Assembly (NCBI GenBank): GCA_000934665.2
Contig: KZ538366.1
Span: 1-64,000 of the forward strand
Source of the DNA: Catajapyx aquilonaris
Lineage: Eukaryota
DNA: 64,000 nucleotides
Direction: 5' to 3'
Part shown: positions 50,801 through 62,233 of the stretch, one piece after another
How the letters are laid out: each line of letters starts with the position of its first letter
Position numbering within the stretch: the stretch's first letter is position 1
Translations under genes and position numbers: made by a program
Notes under the pieces: generated by a model
The model's input: only the letters and a program-made list of their open reading frames with translations
The model's database searches: none
Told to the model about the DNA's origin: nothing

Positions 50801-53800
50801 CATAATGCAGCATGGTGTGGGAGGAACGGGGGTGACACCAGGCCGATATGGCATTGCATGGGGAGGATTATTCGGGGGGCCCGGAGATGGGGAGGCGTAT
50901 AAGGCCAACTCACACACATTCCTGCCTAGCATGGGAGTGTTTTACGCTGGTGTAACTGCAATGTTCGGACCTTCCTTTTTTGTGTGCAGCTGGGCCCACA
51001 GATCGATCTCTGGGTGTGGGTGGGTGCAGGGTTGGAGGAGGAGGGGGTCAGTCCACGCAGTCACCTTTGCCCTCTTAACCAGCCGCTGATCCAATCGGCA
51101 CCAGATGCTGACGTCACTTGGTATTAGACATGGCATCAAATATTGCGAAACGTAAACAGTTATCGGTAATTCATCGCACGAGCCTTTACCTGAATTGAAA
51201 GGCTGAGTTGTTTGTACTCTCTGAAGGAATAATTTGCATTCATACTGAGCCATTGATATGCTGTGAATGTGTGGACCTTATGCGTGAAAAATAGTGAAGG
51301 TATTTGTTGTTGAGCGATAGTCACATGCCAACAGGGGGTTCCAGGACATTTTCCAGACAAGTGTTATCTGAAACCCAAGTGTCGTCACGCGGTGCCTCCC
51401 GGAGATATGCGGTGCGTGTATCGTAAAAAGAGTGGGGGAGCCTTGCGTTTTTTTTTTTTTGCATTGTATCGATCCGCTGACCGGTGCTGCACGTGGGAAC
51501 TGATATGCAAATATCGCCGGTTGATTCACGACGTTTGGGAGGATTGAGACGCCCGTTTTCTGGGGGGTGGAAAGGAAACTGGGGAGGGTTTTGGTGGTGG
51601 GTTGAGGGGGGGGAGGTTTTGGAGGATCGAAGCCCTGGGCTCGTGCTTTGCTGGGCTTGGGCTGCTGAAGTAAAAAGAGGAAGGGGGGCGAGAGGGTAGG
51701 AGGGAGAGCTCGATAAAGCAAGAGGGGAAGTCGTAATTCCAGCACCACTAGCCTTGCACCTCCTCCATACTCGAGCAGAAGGGCGTGGCCACGTCTCCTC
51801 ACTCTGACCTCCTTCGTGTGTGGCTCGTCAATAAGGGCACTGCACGATATCTGGCCCCCCGAGATACGCCCGGTGCCCACAAAGAGAAATAAGGGGGAGA
51901 AAAAGAGAGCGACGACATCGAAAACGGCTCTGAACTAGTTAGAAAAGGTGCTGCCATCTGTTGGCCACGTCTGGAAATAGGGAGCGACAGTGCAGCCATC
52001 TGTTGGCCACTTTTGTGATTAGGGAGCTGCTGTGCTGTCATCTGTTAGCCACGTCTGAAAATAGGGAGTGACAGTGCTGCCATCCATTGGCCACTTTCAG
52101 AATTAGGCAGTGACCATGCTGCCATCCATTGGCTGTTTCTAAAAGTAGAGAGGGACAGTGCTGCCATCTATTGGCCATATCTAGAGTAAGGGAGTGACAG
52201 TGCTGCCATCCATTGGCTGTTTCTCAAAGTAGAGAGGGACAGTGCAGCCATCTATTGGCCACGTCTGTAATTACGGAGCGGAGGTGCTGCCATCTGTAGG
52301 CCATATCTGGACTTAGGGCCGACAGTGCAGCCATCTGTTGGCCATATCTGGAGCAAGGGAGTGACAGTGCTGCCAGCCAGTGGCCACTTACAGAATTAGG
52401 GCGTGACCGTGCTGCCATCTGTTAGCCACTGCTGTAATTAGGGAGCGAAGGTGCTGCCATCTGCCGGACAGTTAGGTGCTGCCTTCTAATTTGCAAAAAA
52501 AAATGAAAAAAAAGAAATCAAAGTACGATTCAATCGGGTAATTAGCACATTCCAGTGTGCAAACACGTTTGAATCGATTCTGGACAAGCTGAGCTGCAAA
52601 TCGCTGTTTGATTTTGTAAGCACCCCTGCAGCATCGTGGCTCCCTTGCTTTTGCAGTTTTGCTGCTTGCCTGGGAACCGACCCTCTCTCTCTCTCCCCGG
52701 TTTTGCAACCGCTTACGGGGGTCTGGATATTTGCGGCCTGCAAAGGGCTACGACCTTTTCCGCTGTGCCAATCACTGCTCGGAGCGGGAAGGCCTGGTGA
52801 CGTCAAGTCCCGTGGCCCCCGAGAAGAAATGTCTCCCGGTGCCATGCGTGTGACATTGAAAGGTCGCGAAAACGGGGTCTGCGCCCCTATCATATTCATC
52901 CTGCAGATGCAAATTTTGCGCAGGAAACTCGTCGTGGTGAGGTCGCGAAAATCAGGTTGAAAGACCTCGCCAAAATTTCGGGAGTAATTACGAAGTGCCT
53001 GAAAAGTAAGGAGCATCCCCTTCGTGGTTTAGAGTGACCTTTCGGGTCAAGGCAGCGGTACGAAGGCCCTTTTTTGTGTGTGCTGGTTGCCTGTAACTAT
53101 TCCCAGAGATTCAGACAGTCACGTTTGTTATTTTTTTTTCCGCATATCGCCACGTGCGGAGTACAGTATCCAAATGGGTCATACAGTGCACGCCTACACC
53201 TAGTTATGAATAATTGAAGCGGGTTATTTCGACTTCAAATGCGACCCGTTTGGGAACAGATCCGGTGTAAATTAGTCGACACAACCTTGCAAAAAGTCCT
53301 TGCCGAATATGTAAACAAGTCGCAGGTTTATTCGTATGTATGTTATGATAACCTTTTAAGATATTTTCGACCCTCTACGCTCATTGGTTTTTTTCGTAGT
53401 AATTAGCACGCGAGATCTGGTGCTGGGTCGGGCAGGTGCCATTCAGACGGGGTTGGAATTTTTTGACCATCATGGTCGTTGACCTCGGCTCAAGTTGGGT
53501 CGAAATTTTGACCCCATAGGACCCTACGGAGCAGGTCAGCCTACGCATTCAGATTAGGCGGTGGCTTCCGGACCTATCCGGGCCAGGAAATCCGGAATCA
53601 ATACCGAGAAAAGGGGCCTGCTGCGAAAAGGACCAGGGACAATCCCCCCTCTCCAAAAAAAAATGTGGAAATGGAGGATGATTCCCCCTCCCCAGATGCG
53701 TCTTTTTGTTTTTGTTTTTTTTTGCGAGGAGTAGGTGCAGTAGTAGCATCGGTCGGATCAATCCATTTTGCTCTACTTTCTGACCTATAGCCTCCAGGTA

Positions 53801-56800
53801 TTTGGAGGAGGTTGGGACTGCCCCCGAGACATGGTCACGAGTTGAGCCTCTGTCGCACGACCAGACGCTTTGCGACCTACAGAAATAGGAACGACTGGAG
53901 CCATGCGACCGACTATATTTTGGTCGCTTTGGCGGTCGCATGGCTCCGATTTTTGTCGGTCGCAAAAGTCGTGCGACCGAGGCTCAAATCGTGTGGGGGT
54001 AAACAGGCCGTGGAAATGACAATTGCTGTGTCAGTAAATGAGATTCTGCATCTTGGGACCTGCCTGGTCCCGTGCATGAGGCTCAATTATTGGTCCCAAA
54101 ATGCCATGTGGACTGCCTATAGTCCCGCGCAGGAGGCTCAATTATTGGTCCCAAAATGCCATGTGGACTGCCTATAGTCCCGCGCAGGAGGCTCAAAAGT
54201 TTCTTTGTTGTTTTGCAGGTGAATGATTTCCTGTCTGGTAAAGCGCCGCTGAACCTGACGATGCGATTGGGCGACCACATGATGCTGATACAGCTGCAGC
54301 TGTCGACGGTGACGCCGAGCGGGACTAGGAGGTCGGCTGCTGCTGCGGCGGCGGCGGCTGCAGCTGCTGCAGCGGCGGCTATGGCGTCGTCGTCGGCGTC
54401 GTCGTCTTCCTCATCATCATCCACGTCGTCGACCCCGTCACCGTCGCCCGTTCCCACCACTTCCATATCCACGTCCATCCACAAGCCCGGACCCACCTTG
54501 ACGCTGCCCCGGCCGCTGTCCCCCGCGGCGTCGTCGGCGTCCTCGTCAGCCGCCTCCTCCCCAGCGACGTCGCCAGTGACGTCGCCCACTGCCACCGTGC
54601 CCTCGCCGTTGCTAGGGGCACGCCCCCGTTGTTGCTGCCCATCCTCCGCCTCCTCCTCCTCCTCCGCGCCTCTCCCGTCGTCCTCGTCGCCCTCCACATC
54701 CAACGCCTTCGACGTCACCGACGCCCCCGCCGACAGCTGCGGATGCAGTTGCGGATGTGCCGATGCCGAGGCCAAGCCCGTGCTGGACACCAAGGCTCTG
54801 GCCGAAGCCAGCCGGAACCTCACCCAAACGCTAAAACAACTATCATCAGAGGTACTTACACATCAGGGTCTACCACGCGGGATCTACCGGCCTGAATGCG
54901 CATGCGCGTACTTACACACGTGATCCACAGCGTGAATGCGCATGCGCGTACTGACACGTGGTGCGCATGCGCGTACACATCGGGATCTACCGGCGTGTAT
55001 GCGCATGCGCTGTCCATCTCCCATTGTATCAATGTCCCCTCCCTCCCACGGGCGGGATTTTAATGATCCTCCAGTTGGTGCGAAGTCAAGTGGGGAGTTC
55101 CGCTTGTCTGGCCTTGACCGAAGGGGAGGTGGCTTAGAAAGGGGTCAGCGGGCAGTCGGGCGGATGCGAGGCGGTCATGCCGCAATGCATTGGCTTCCAC
55201 ACAGCCAAGGGAAGGGGATGCCATTGTAACACATGATGGGAGGGGGGGATTATAGGGGATGAGATGGGCTATTCCTGGACACATGTGTTTGGTGACCTAC
55301 AGCAGACCAAGTACTGTCCAAATGGTCATTGCGATTAAAAAGTCATACAAATAAAGCAAAGGTTGTTGCGAACTTGACAATTAGCTAAGAAATCGGATGT
55401 GGGATGTATGGTGGGTGGATGTCGCTTCTGGTGCAGTGTACCAAAAAGTTCTCAGCGCCCACACCCCGGTGATATCACAGGGGCTTTGCCAATATGGTGT
55501 AGGGTGTTTGCTGTTACTCAACCGAGGATGGCCTTTTATTCATTCCTTTTTTTTTTTTAATTTGCAGGACTCCAGGGGAGCCAGACGGCGCCAGGGAGCC
55601 ATAATTGAGAGCATGCACCACCATGGAAAGGGTGTCTACTCAGGGACTTTCTCGGGTAAGGGTGATGACGTTGGGTACAGCATATCTGACAAAAACATTT
55701 CAGTTTCATATGACGCAAACATAGAAAATGTTGGCACGTGATGTGTAGTAACATCCCAAACACTTCATGATTAAAGAGGCTTGTAATCACCAAAACTTGT
55801 GATAAGTATAATGAGAAAAATGCGTTTTACGTGCGCTGCAGGATTGCTTACATAGGGAATGGTGTAGTCATGTGCCAACTTTTTCCTCAAGATGGTAAGG
55901 ATTAATTATGATGCATTGTCATGAGTCATCTGATGATGTGTAAGGTGAAGGCCTGCAACCTTTTTGCCATATGATTTTATATGTAATTTTCTAAACTAGT
56001 TTTAAGAGTTCTGATACTAGAAATATCCTGCTTGTGTCTGTGACATGTGGCCATTAATGACAAGTATCACTCTTTTCAGGGAAGAGACATCGATATATAA
56101 ATTCACGGACGGGCAATAAATATGCTGATGTCACCATTCATGACTTTGATAATGGATTTGTATAAAACTACAATTAATCTTGAGCTTCATATAGTAAGAA
56201 TAACGCAATGTGCTCTAAATGCTGCAAGCACATAGTACTGAAAAAATATCATTTTATCATGAAAGTGTTTTGTTGCGCCTTAGACATACCAAGGTCACGC
56301 TGGATATTTCTAGATTGGAGTAATTGAGATATTATTACTATGCATAAGTTAAACAACTTATCAAGTGTGCAAAGCTTGAAGGATGGAGCTTATGTGTAAT
56401 GTAACTGTGTTCATATTGAACCTTGATTTGTTTCCGACACCGCTCGTTTCTGGTGAGGTGCTTTTATCATTTACGTGTGACGCAGGATTCACCTGTGCTT
56501 CCGGTTATGATGAAACAGCGATTCTAAAATGTGGCACGTACAAGGGCCCAAGTTCTAATGAGTCCGGCTGTGTCCGTAGTGCACATTTTGAAGATGTTTT
56601 TTGTATAGAGACAAAGCCTCTTGTGTGATTGTTCGTCCTTGTAAAGCCAAATTGCCAGACAATAGACCATCTTTTTTTTCGCTCTTTGTGTCCAGGGTGT
56701 GATTTGGACTCTTTATCGACTGGCTGACGTATATTTGTATCAGTTCCCGATACGTAGCTTTTACACCTTCCAAGCTTTTCACAACTGAATTGAGCAGAAA

Positions 56801-57872
56801 ATAAGCACAGGCTCATTGTAACGTAAAACAATGCAGCTGAGTAACTTGTTGTTTATTTATGTTGCAGCTTGTTGCCATGTGCTACTTTTTGCTCAACCTT
56901 GATATGTATTTACAAATAATGGAAGCCCCCACAATTTCTGAGAAAAGGGAAGCAAGATTGGGAAAGCAACTGCATCACTCTGCCTGGATGTCCCAAAGGA
57001 GCTTGAACAGCATAGCCATAAATTTCTGCTTGCCTTTTCTGAGAAATTGGGAGGGTGCGCACCAGCGTTGCAGGAGACAGCAGAAGGAATTGTCCAATAA
57101 AGCCTGAGGAAGTAAATAACCACCTCGGCTGTACAGTAATGGCGAGATGCATAAACCTGCGTATTGGCTAGTTCCATCTGCTGTCCAGTTTTAGGGTAAT
57201 TAGGGAAAGGCCTAATTTCAAAGCGGCATGCTTTGATACAAGGCTCTTGGTTTCCGCAACCACACAGGCACGCTTAATCCAGCCCTGCAGGACAAACATG
57301 GCCGGCCCAAGCGTGACATCTCCACCATCATCCACATCCTCAACGATCTCCTCTGCGCCACTCCGCCGTACCGTCGCCAGTCTCGGTCCGCCGTGTCCGT
57401 CAATCCCACGCCAGCCGCTGCCCCATCTGGAACCCCCGATGCTTCTTCCACCTCTACGACCCAGAACAAGACAGGTGGGTGTTGGTGGACCGCTCGATCC
57501 TCGGAGACCAAAGTCAGACGAGTGATTGCTGCTGCAGGGTGTCCGGCTGAGGGGCGCATGAGCGAGGAAAACCAGGCCACTCGAGGGAAGGTGGAGCAGC
57601 TCAAGCTGATCATGGAGGAGCGGAGGGCAAGGAGGCGAGCCAGGCGCGAGGCCAGGGCATCTCCGTACACCCAATGGGCAGCCGCAGCCACGGCGACCCC
57701 TGGAAATTCCTCGAGTCAGCCACCGAGTCGGCCTGTTGGGTCCCCCACTTCTCCCGTTCCAATGACCCCAGCGCAAGGGGCTGGGACGGGGCCAGGGACG
57801 TCCGATGCCCCGATGGACACAGAGTCAAATGCGGACTTGCATGAACTCAACCCGGAGCCAGTGGTAGCTTGA
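38839..57872 (+). CDS. MIDN: Midnolin (Drosophila stuxnet): Ubl, split Catch domain, C-terminal basic helix; about 576 aa
   Basis: Exons 38839-39161, 41611-41698, 50159-50215, 54219-54851, 55568-55655, 57268-57474 and 57538-57872 join in frame. Motifs [109 protein letters not shown] and [28 protein letters not shown]. Confidence 0.95.
40254..40414. mobile_element. MITE family B copy (midnolin intron 1)
   Basis: Inverted arms TACAGTGTTCGACATTAATCG..CGACATTTTCCG and GGAAATGTCG..CGATTTATGTCCAACACTGTA. Confidence 0.7.
41149..41370. mobile_element. MITE family B copy (midnolin intron 1)
   Basis: Ends CAGTGCTGGACATT and ATGCCCAGCACTGTA. Shares AAGAGCGAAT / ATTCGCTCTT with the 18552 copy. Confidence 0.7.
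41860..42243. mobile_element. Degenerate MITE family B-related palindrome
   Basis: Inverted arms CTAATGGTGTC..CCAATGGAGGCAAAAGAGCGAAT and ATTCGCTCTTTTGCCTCCATTGG..GACACCATTAG. Confidence 0.6.
50281..50542. mobile_element. MITE family B copy (midnolin intron 3) carrying two CRE palindromes
   Basis: Inverted arms GACATTAAT..CATACTGCTAGCGACATTT and AAATGTCGCTAGCAGTATG..ATTAATGTCCAGCACTGTA. TGACGTCA at 50386 and 50435. Confidence 0.7.
51948..52470. repeat. 42-bp tandem array (about 13 units), each with a CTCF-like motif
   Basis: The core GTGCTGCCATCTGTTGGCCA recurs with a 42-bp period from about 51948 to about 52451; the rest of the unit is more variable. Confidence 0.9.
54078..54196. repeat. 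Perfect 55-bp tandem duplication just upstream of the midnolin exon 4 acceptor
   Basis: GAGGCTCAATTATTGG...CCCGCGCAG at 54078 and 54133, with a third GAGGCTCAA at 54188. Confidence 0.9.
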
Positions 57873-60389
57873 CCCTGGCTGGCCTGGTGTTAACAATTGG
57901 GAATTGTGTCGTTTTTAGTGCTGTTTTTTTTTTTTTTAGGAGAAGGGTGGGGTAAAAGGGGGGGTAGATTTTTTTGCGACTGAATATGTTATTCCCATGT
58001 GTAAAACCATGAACTTTTTGTTTACTTGTACAGCGGAACTTTACTTGAGTTGGCCGTCTCTCGGCTTATTGTTTTTGTTACGTACGTACCAAATATTGCG
58101 GCTGAGTCCGCTCCGGAAAATTTATAAAAAAAATGTTAGGTCGACCCAAGTTAAAAAGTTCCGCTGAATTTTAATTATGTTGACTGGTCATGGCTTGGGT
58201 TACCGAAAAGCATAAAAACACAAAAAATAATAATTAAACAAAAAAATTAACGTCTGGGACCGCAGTTGTCACATGACGAAAAATCGTTTTATGTTGGGTT
58301 GTAAGTTGAAAGCCAGTTTGACTGTTTTTATTTTTGGAATCTGCACCCCCTGTTAACGGTGTCGATGCAAACACCATTTTTTGAAATTTTTTTTGGCAGT
58401 ACATGTATGGTTTTTCGGATTATTACACTGTTTTTTTGATTTTACACTTTTGGCCACCTTAGCATGGGAAGCTTGGGAACACGTTTTGGTGTGCTTCGTA
58501 CAAGGCTTGTAAGATGCGCTCTTATTTTGTTTTTTCCAACAAAAAAATGAATAGTGTGCGCATTGTAGTTTGCAACATTTCCATGCCGTTGTTGTAATAA
58601 AACTGCAAGCCATGGATAGGATATCAAGGATGAAAAAAAATTAGTGTAGGGTGACCAATAGCATTGTTACCTCTTTGAATTTATTTTTCCTTCTTTTTTT
58701 GCTAAATAAAAAAATTTGCATATAGCTCACCTTTTACCCCTCCTTGAGATAGAAAAATTTACAGAAAATGAACCAAAAAAAAAAAAACAAACAAACACAC
58801 GTACACAAAAATGCCTGAACTGAAGTATGTAGCTGTGAAGTTGCACATTTTTTGTTTCCGTTCCGTACGAATTATTCCTTACTCTCTTATTTTGCTGACG
58901 TGGTGGTCATATTTCTTAGCTACCGAGTTTTAGTTCCTTTGTATCATACTTTATTGCGTGTGCGTGTGAATGTCGAGTGCGTGTAACTTGTAAATAAAAC
59001 TTATAGCGTGCATTAGACTCCGGGTTCGTATATATATATATATATATTTTAGTTTCGCTTTTTGGATGTACAAAAAAAAATATGGAAAACATACCGTGGG
59101 ATCACTTCTTTTTTTTCAGTTAATGTTTTCTTTTTCAAACTGTCATCGTCATATGTCGCCATATGTGCACGTGCGTTATTCTGCCCAGGAAAGTGTTGTT
59201 TTACAATCCCAGGTTATTTTGCGAGTGCATGGGTGTTAGCTTTCACGACACAAAAACAACCGCCCCCCCCTCTGCAAATTGCTTTAAAAATATATATAAT
59301 TGTAGACTTTTTTTTTGTTGTTAATCAAGTACGATAGTATTGTCGCAATAGTTTTTAATTGGCTTCGACCAAACTTCAACATGTGCTGCCAGTGAGTGTG
59401 ATTGGAGTATGTGAGTTTACATGTCAGTGTGTTTTAAAACTCCATGGCTTTAGTTTTTAGATGCGTGCGGACCATGTACACGCCTGTACGTAATGTATGC
59501 GTCTATTGAAAAGAGAGAGAGAGAGAAAAAAAAGGCAGTTGACATACGGTTTATGTGGTGCACCGATTTGTAAAAATTTTTTTTTGTTTTAAAATTTCAG
59601 GATGTTTGAGCAAAGTACGGGGGAGGTTGGCTATTAGCCGAAATATATATGTGGAAAAAAGTATATAAACATGATGGGACATTTAATTTTATCCCCCCCC
59701 CCTTTTTTTGTTTTTAATGCACGAGTCGAGCGAGAGAGATGTTTGAAGATTGTTGTTTTCTTTTTTGGTGGGTTTGTATTACCTCGTGAAAAGGGTTGAT
59801 GTGTCGGGGGTGCATGGAAAAAGAAAAATGTAGATGTGTGACGACCAGTGTGATCTTCTCTCGGAATAAAAAAAAAAACAATGGATATATCCAACTTGAT
59901 GAAAGCGAACAACTGTTTTCTTTTTTATTTTATAAATAAAATAAAATTCCTTTTTTTCCTTATTAGGACACAGCTACTGTTTTTTTAAATGCATTACCCC
60001 ATTGGGATTTAACATATCCTTTAGGGGGGTGGATTACCACCATCAGAAATTGGAGCCATTTAAAATGATTGGGGAAATTTCCTGCCCTTCTTTTAAAAAG
60101 TAAAAAATAAAATAAAAAAGGCGAGGTTGCCATGTGTTGAGAACATAATTTGCATCTAGAAAAATTTCCTGCCTTTTTTTTAAAAAAAAATAAAATGCAA
60201 GGTTGCCATGTGTTACATTTCCTGCAATTATTTTGTTCTAAAAAAATGCGAGGTTGCCAAAAATGTGCCACATTTTATTGGTAAATATTTTTCCGCATTG
60301 TTCCAGCAAAGATTATTTATAGTCGTTACCGCAATGTTGTCACGTTGCCAGGTGAAATTTGGCAGCATTGCTTTCCCCCCCCCCCCCCC

Positions 60390-60455
60390 NNNNNNNNNNN
60401 NNNNNNNNNNNNNNNNNNNNNNNNNNNNNNNNNNNNNNNNNNNNNNNNNNNNNNN
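60390..60455. other. Assembly gap flanked by poly-C
   Basis: Run of N; smaller N runs at 7608-7613 and 13834. Confidence 0.95.
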
Positions 60456-60827
60456 CCCCCCCAAAAAATATCTCCAAAAAGTTCTTTCAGAAGCCTCTCA
60501 GCCTCCGAGACGTTTGGACCAGATTTTTTTTTTTTTTTTTTTTTTCAAATATTGGCGGGCATCGTGCATCAAAAAAAGACCCCTTCTGATTGGTCGCTTC
60601 CCCTGATGAAACCTGGAATCCGATTGGCTCCTAAGCCCAATTGAAATACGGTAATAATTACAGTCGTTTTTAAAAACAACAACAATTTGGCCCTGGAATT
60701 AATTTATTATGTTTAAATAATTGTAGTCTTAATAATGAGAGGTGTGGGTTTGTGGAGCTGGGCCTAGTTATGCAATTCTGGACCAAAATTATGATGACCT
60801 TCACACATGTCAAGTACTCTGTGCGCT

Positions 60828-61212
60828 CCTAGTGTAATTGTTGGTCTAATTGCAAGTGTAATTGTTGGTCTAATAACCACTGTAATTGTTGGTCTAATTG
60901 CCCCCCCCCCCCCAGTGGGTAACTGTTGTCTAATTGCCATTGCAAGGCACATTGCAATTGTTGTCTAATTGCCAGCAGTGCAATAATTGTTGTCTAATTG
61001 CCCCCAGTGGGTCAATTGTTGTCTAATTGCCATTGCAATTGTTGTCTAATTGCCACCCTAATTGTTGTCTAATTGCAATTGCAATTGTTGTCTAATTGCC
61101 ACCCTAATTGTTGTGTAATTGCCATTGCAATTGTTGTGCAATTGCCACCCTAATTGTTGTCTAATTTCCACCCTAATTGTTGTGTAATTGCCACCCTAAT
61201 TGTTGTGTGATT
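60828..61212. repeat. Degenerate minisatellite of about 21-24 bp (AATTGTTGTCTAATTGCC..)
   Basis: Directly visible; ends just before the first visible SSX2IP coding exon. Confidence 0.9.
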
Positions 61213-61226
61213 GCAGCAATTATTAG

Positions 61227-62198
61227 ATGATGGCCAGCAGTGCGCCTTCGCCACGTCGCAACTCGTTGTCGACGGCTAACGTCTGCACTGGTGACAATGT
61301 GGAGCAGGTGTTTGACGTGGTGTCGCGTGAGTTCTACGCGCTTGGGTACTACGACTCATCGGGCGGGGTGTCGTCCAACGGGGGTAAGCCGGACTTGGTC
61401 GCGCTTCTCAACGGGGCGATGGCGATGCTGAGGCAGGTGCGTCGGAGCGAGATGCATCGGGAGGAACTGCAGCAGCGGTTGAACCGTGCGAACTCGGATA
61501 TGCAGCATCTTCAGAAGGTGCGGGACTACCTAAAAGAACAGCTGGCGTCGAAGGAGAAAGAGGTGGCCGAAGCGCAAGAGAAGGAACGGCAATCCAGCCA
61601 ACAATCGGCTGAATTGCAACTGGAGCTGAAATCCAAAAAAGCACAGGTCGTATCAAAATGTACGCTTCGTACATGTTTGAATCTACATGTCCAGTATAAT
61701 TGCAGGTGGCGCAACTGGTGTGCTCGCAACAGCATCGGGAGATCCAGTTTCAGCATGAGCTGCGGAAGACGTCGAGCGAGAACCAGCGTATGAAGGAGCA
61801 TCTTCACCGCAGCATGGCTAACAAGAAGGCGGAAGCTGCATTGGGAATGGAAATACTTAATCCGGGCGGACGAGGAACACTGTCGGGGCCGTGCAAGCGG
61901 TTGCAATGGAAAACCGAAGCATCGCTCGCAAAGTAACGACATTACAAACATTACTAAACAATTGTAATGTTATCATGAAAATGGACTTAGGGGACTTTGG
62001 AATCACTCGTCAATATTACGAGATGACTGAAATTGTAATAATTGCAGGGTCGAACAACAGGTTGATCTGGATGTGATTCGGATGCTGGAGCGTCGTCAGC
62101 AGGAGTTCGTCGAGGAAAACCATTCGCTGTTGGGGCTTCTGACGACTGCGACTCATCACATGCACATTTGGACCAGGAGGATGTCGGATTTGCTGAAG
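61227..62198 (+). CDS. SSX2IP: Afadin- and alpha-actinin-binding protein (ADIP/SSX2IP/Msd1)-like coiled-coil protein, 5' part; probably continues beyond the window
   Basis: Exons 61227-61646, 61706-61932 and 62048-62198 join in frame with no stop before the donor at 62199. The pattern CTGDNVEQ..LG..LLNG..SDMQHLQ..LKEQL..QFQHELRK..MEILN..WKTE..RQQEFVEEN fits the ADIP family (recalled similarity). Confidence 0.72.
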
Positions 62199-62233
62199 GT
62201 ACCGGTATGATCGGAATATACAGCAGTTGTACT

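Noticed and set aside
51948..52470. CRISPR array (conserved core with variable spacers)
   Set aside because: The spacers are homologous to each other, so it is a diverged tandem repeat.
47999..53986. Further inverted repeats at about 47999-48204 and about 53844-53986 as structured ncRNAs
   Set aside because: They look like degenerate palindromic MITEs, which are common here, and show no ncRNA family features.
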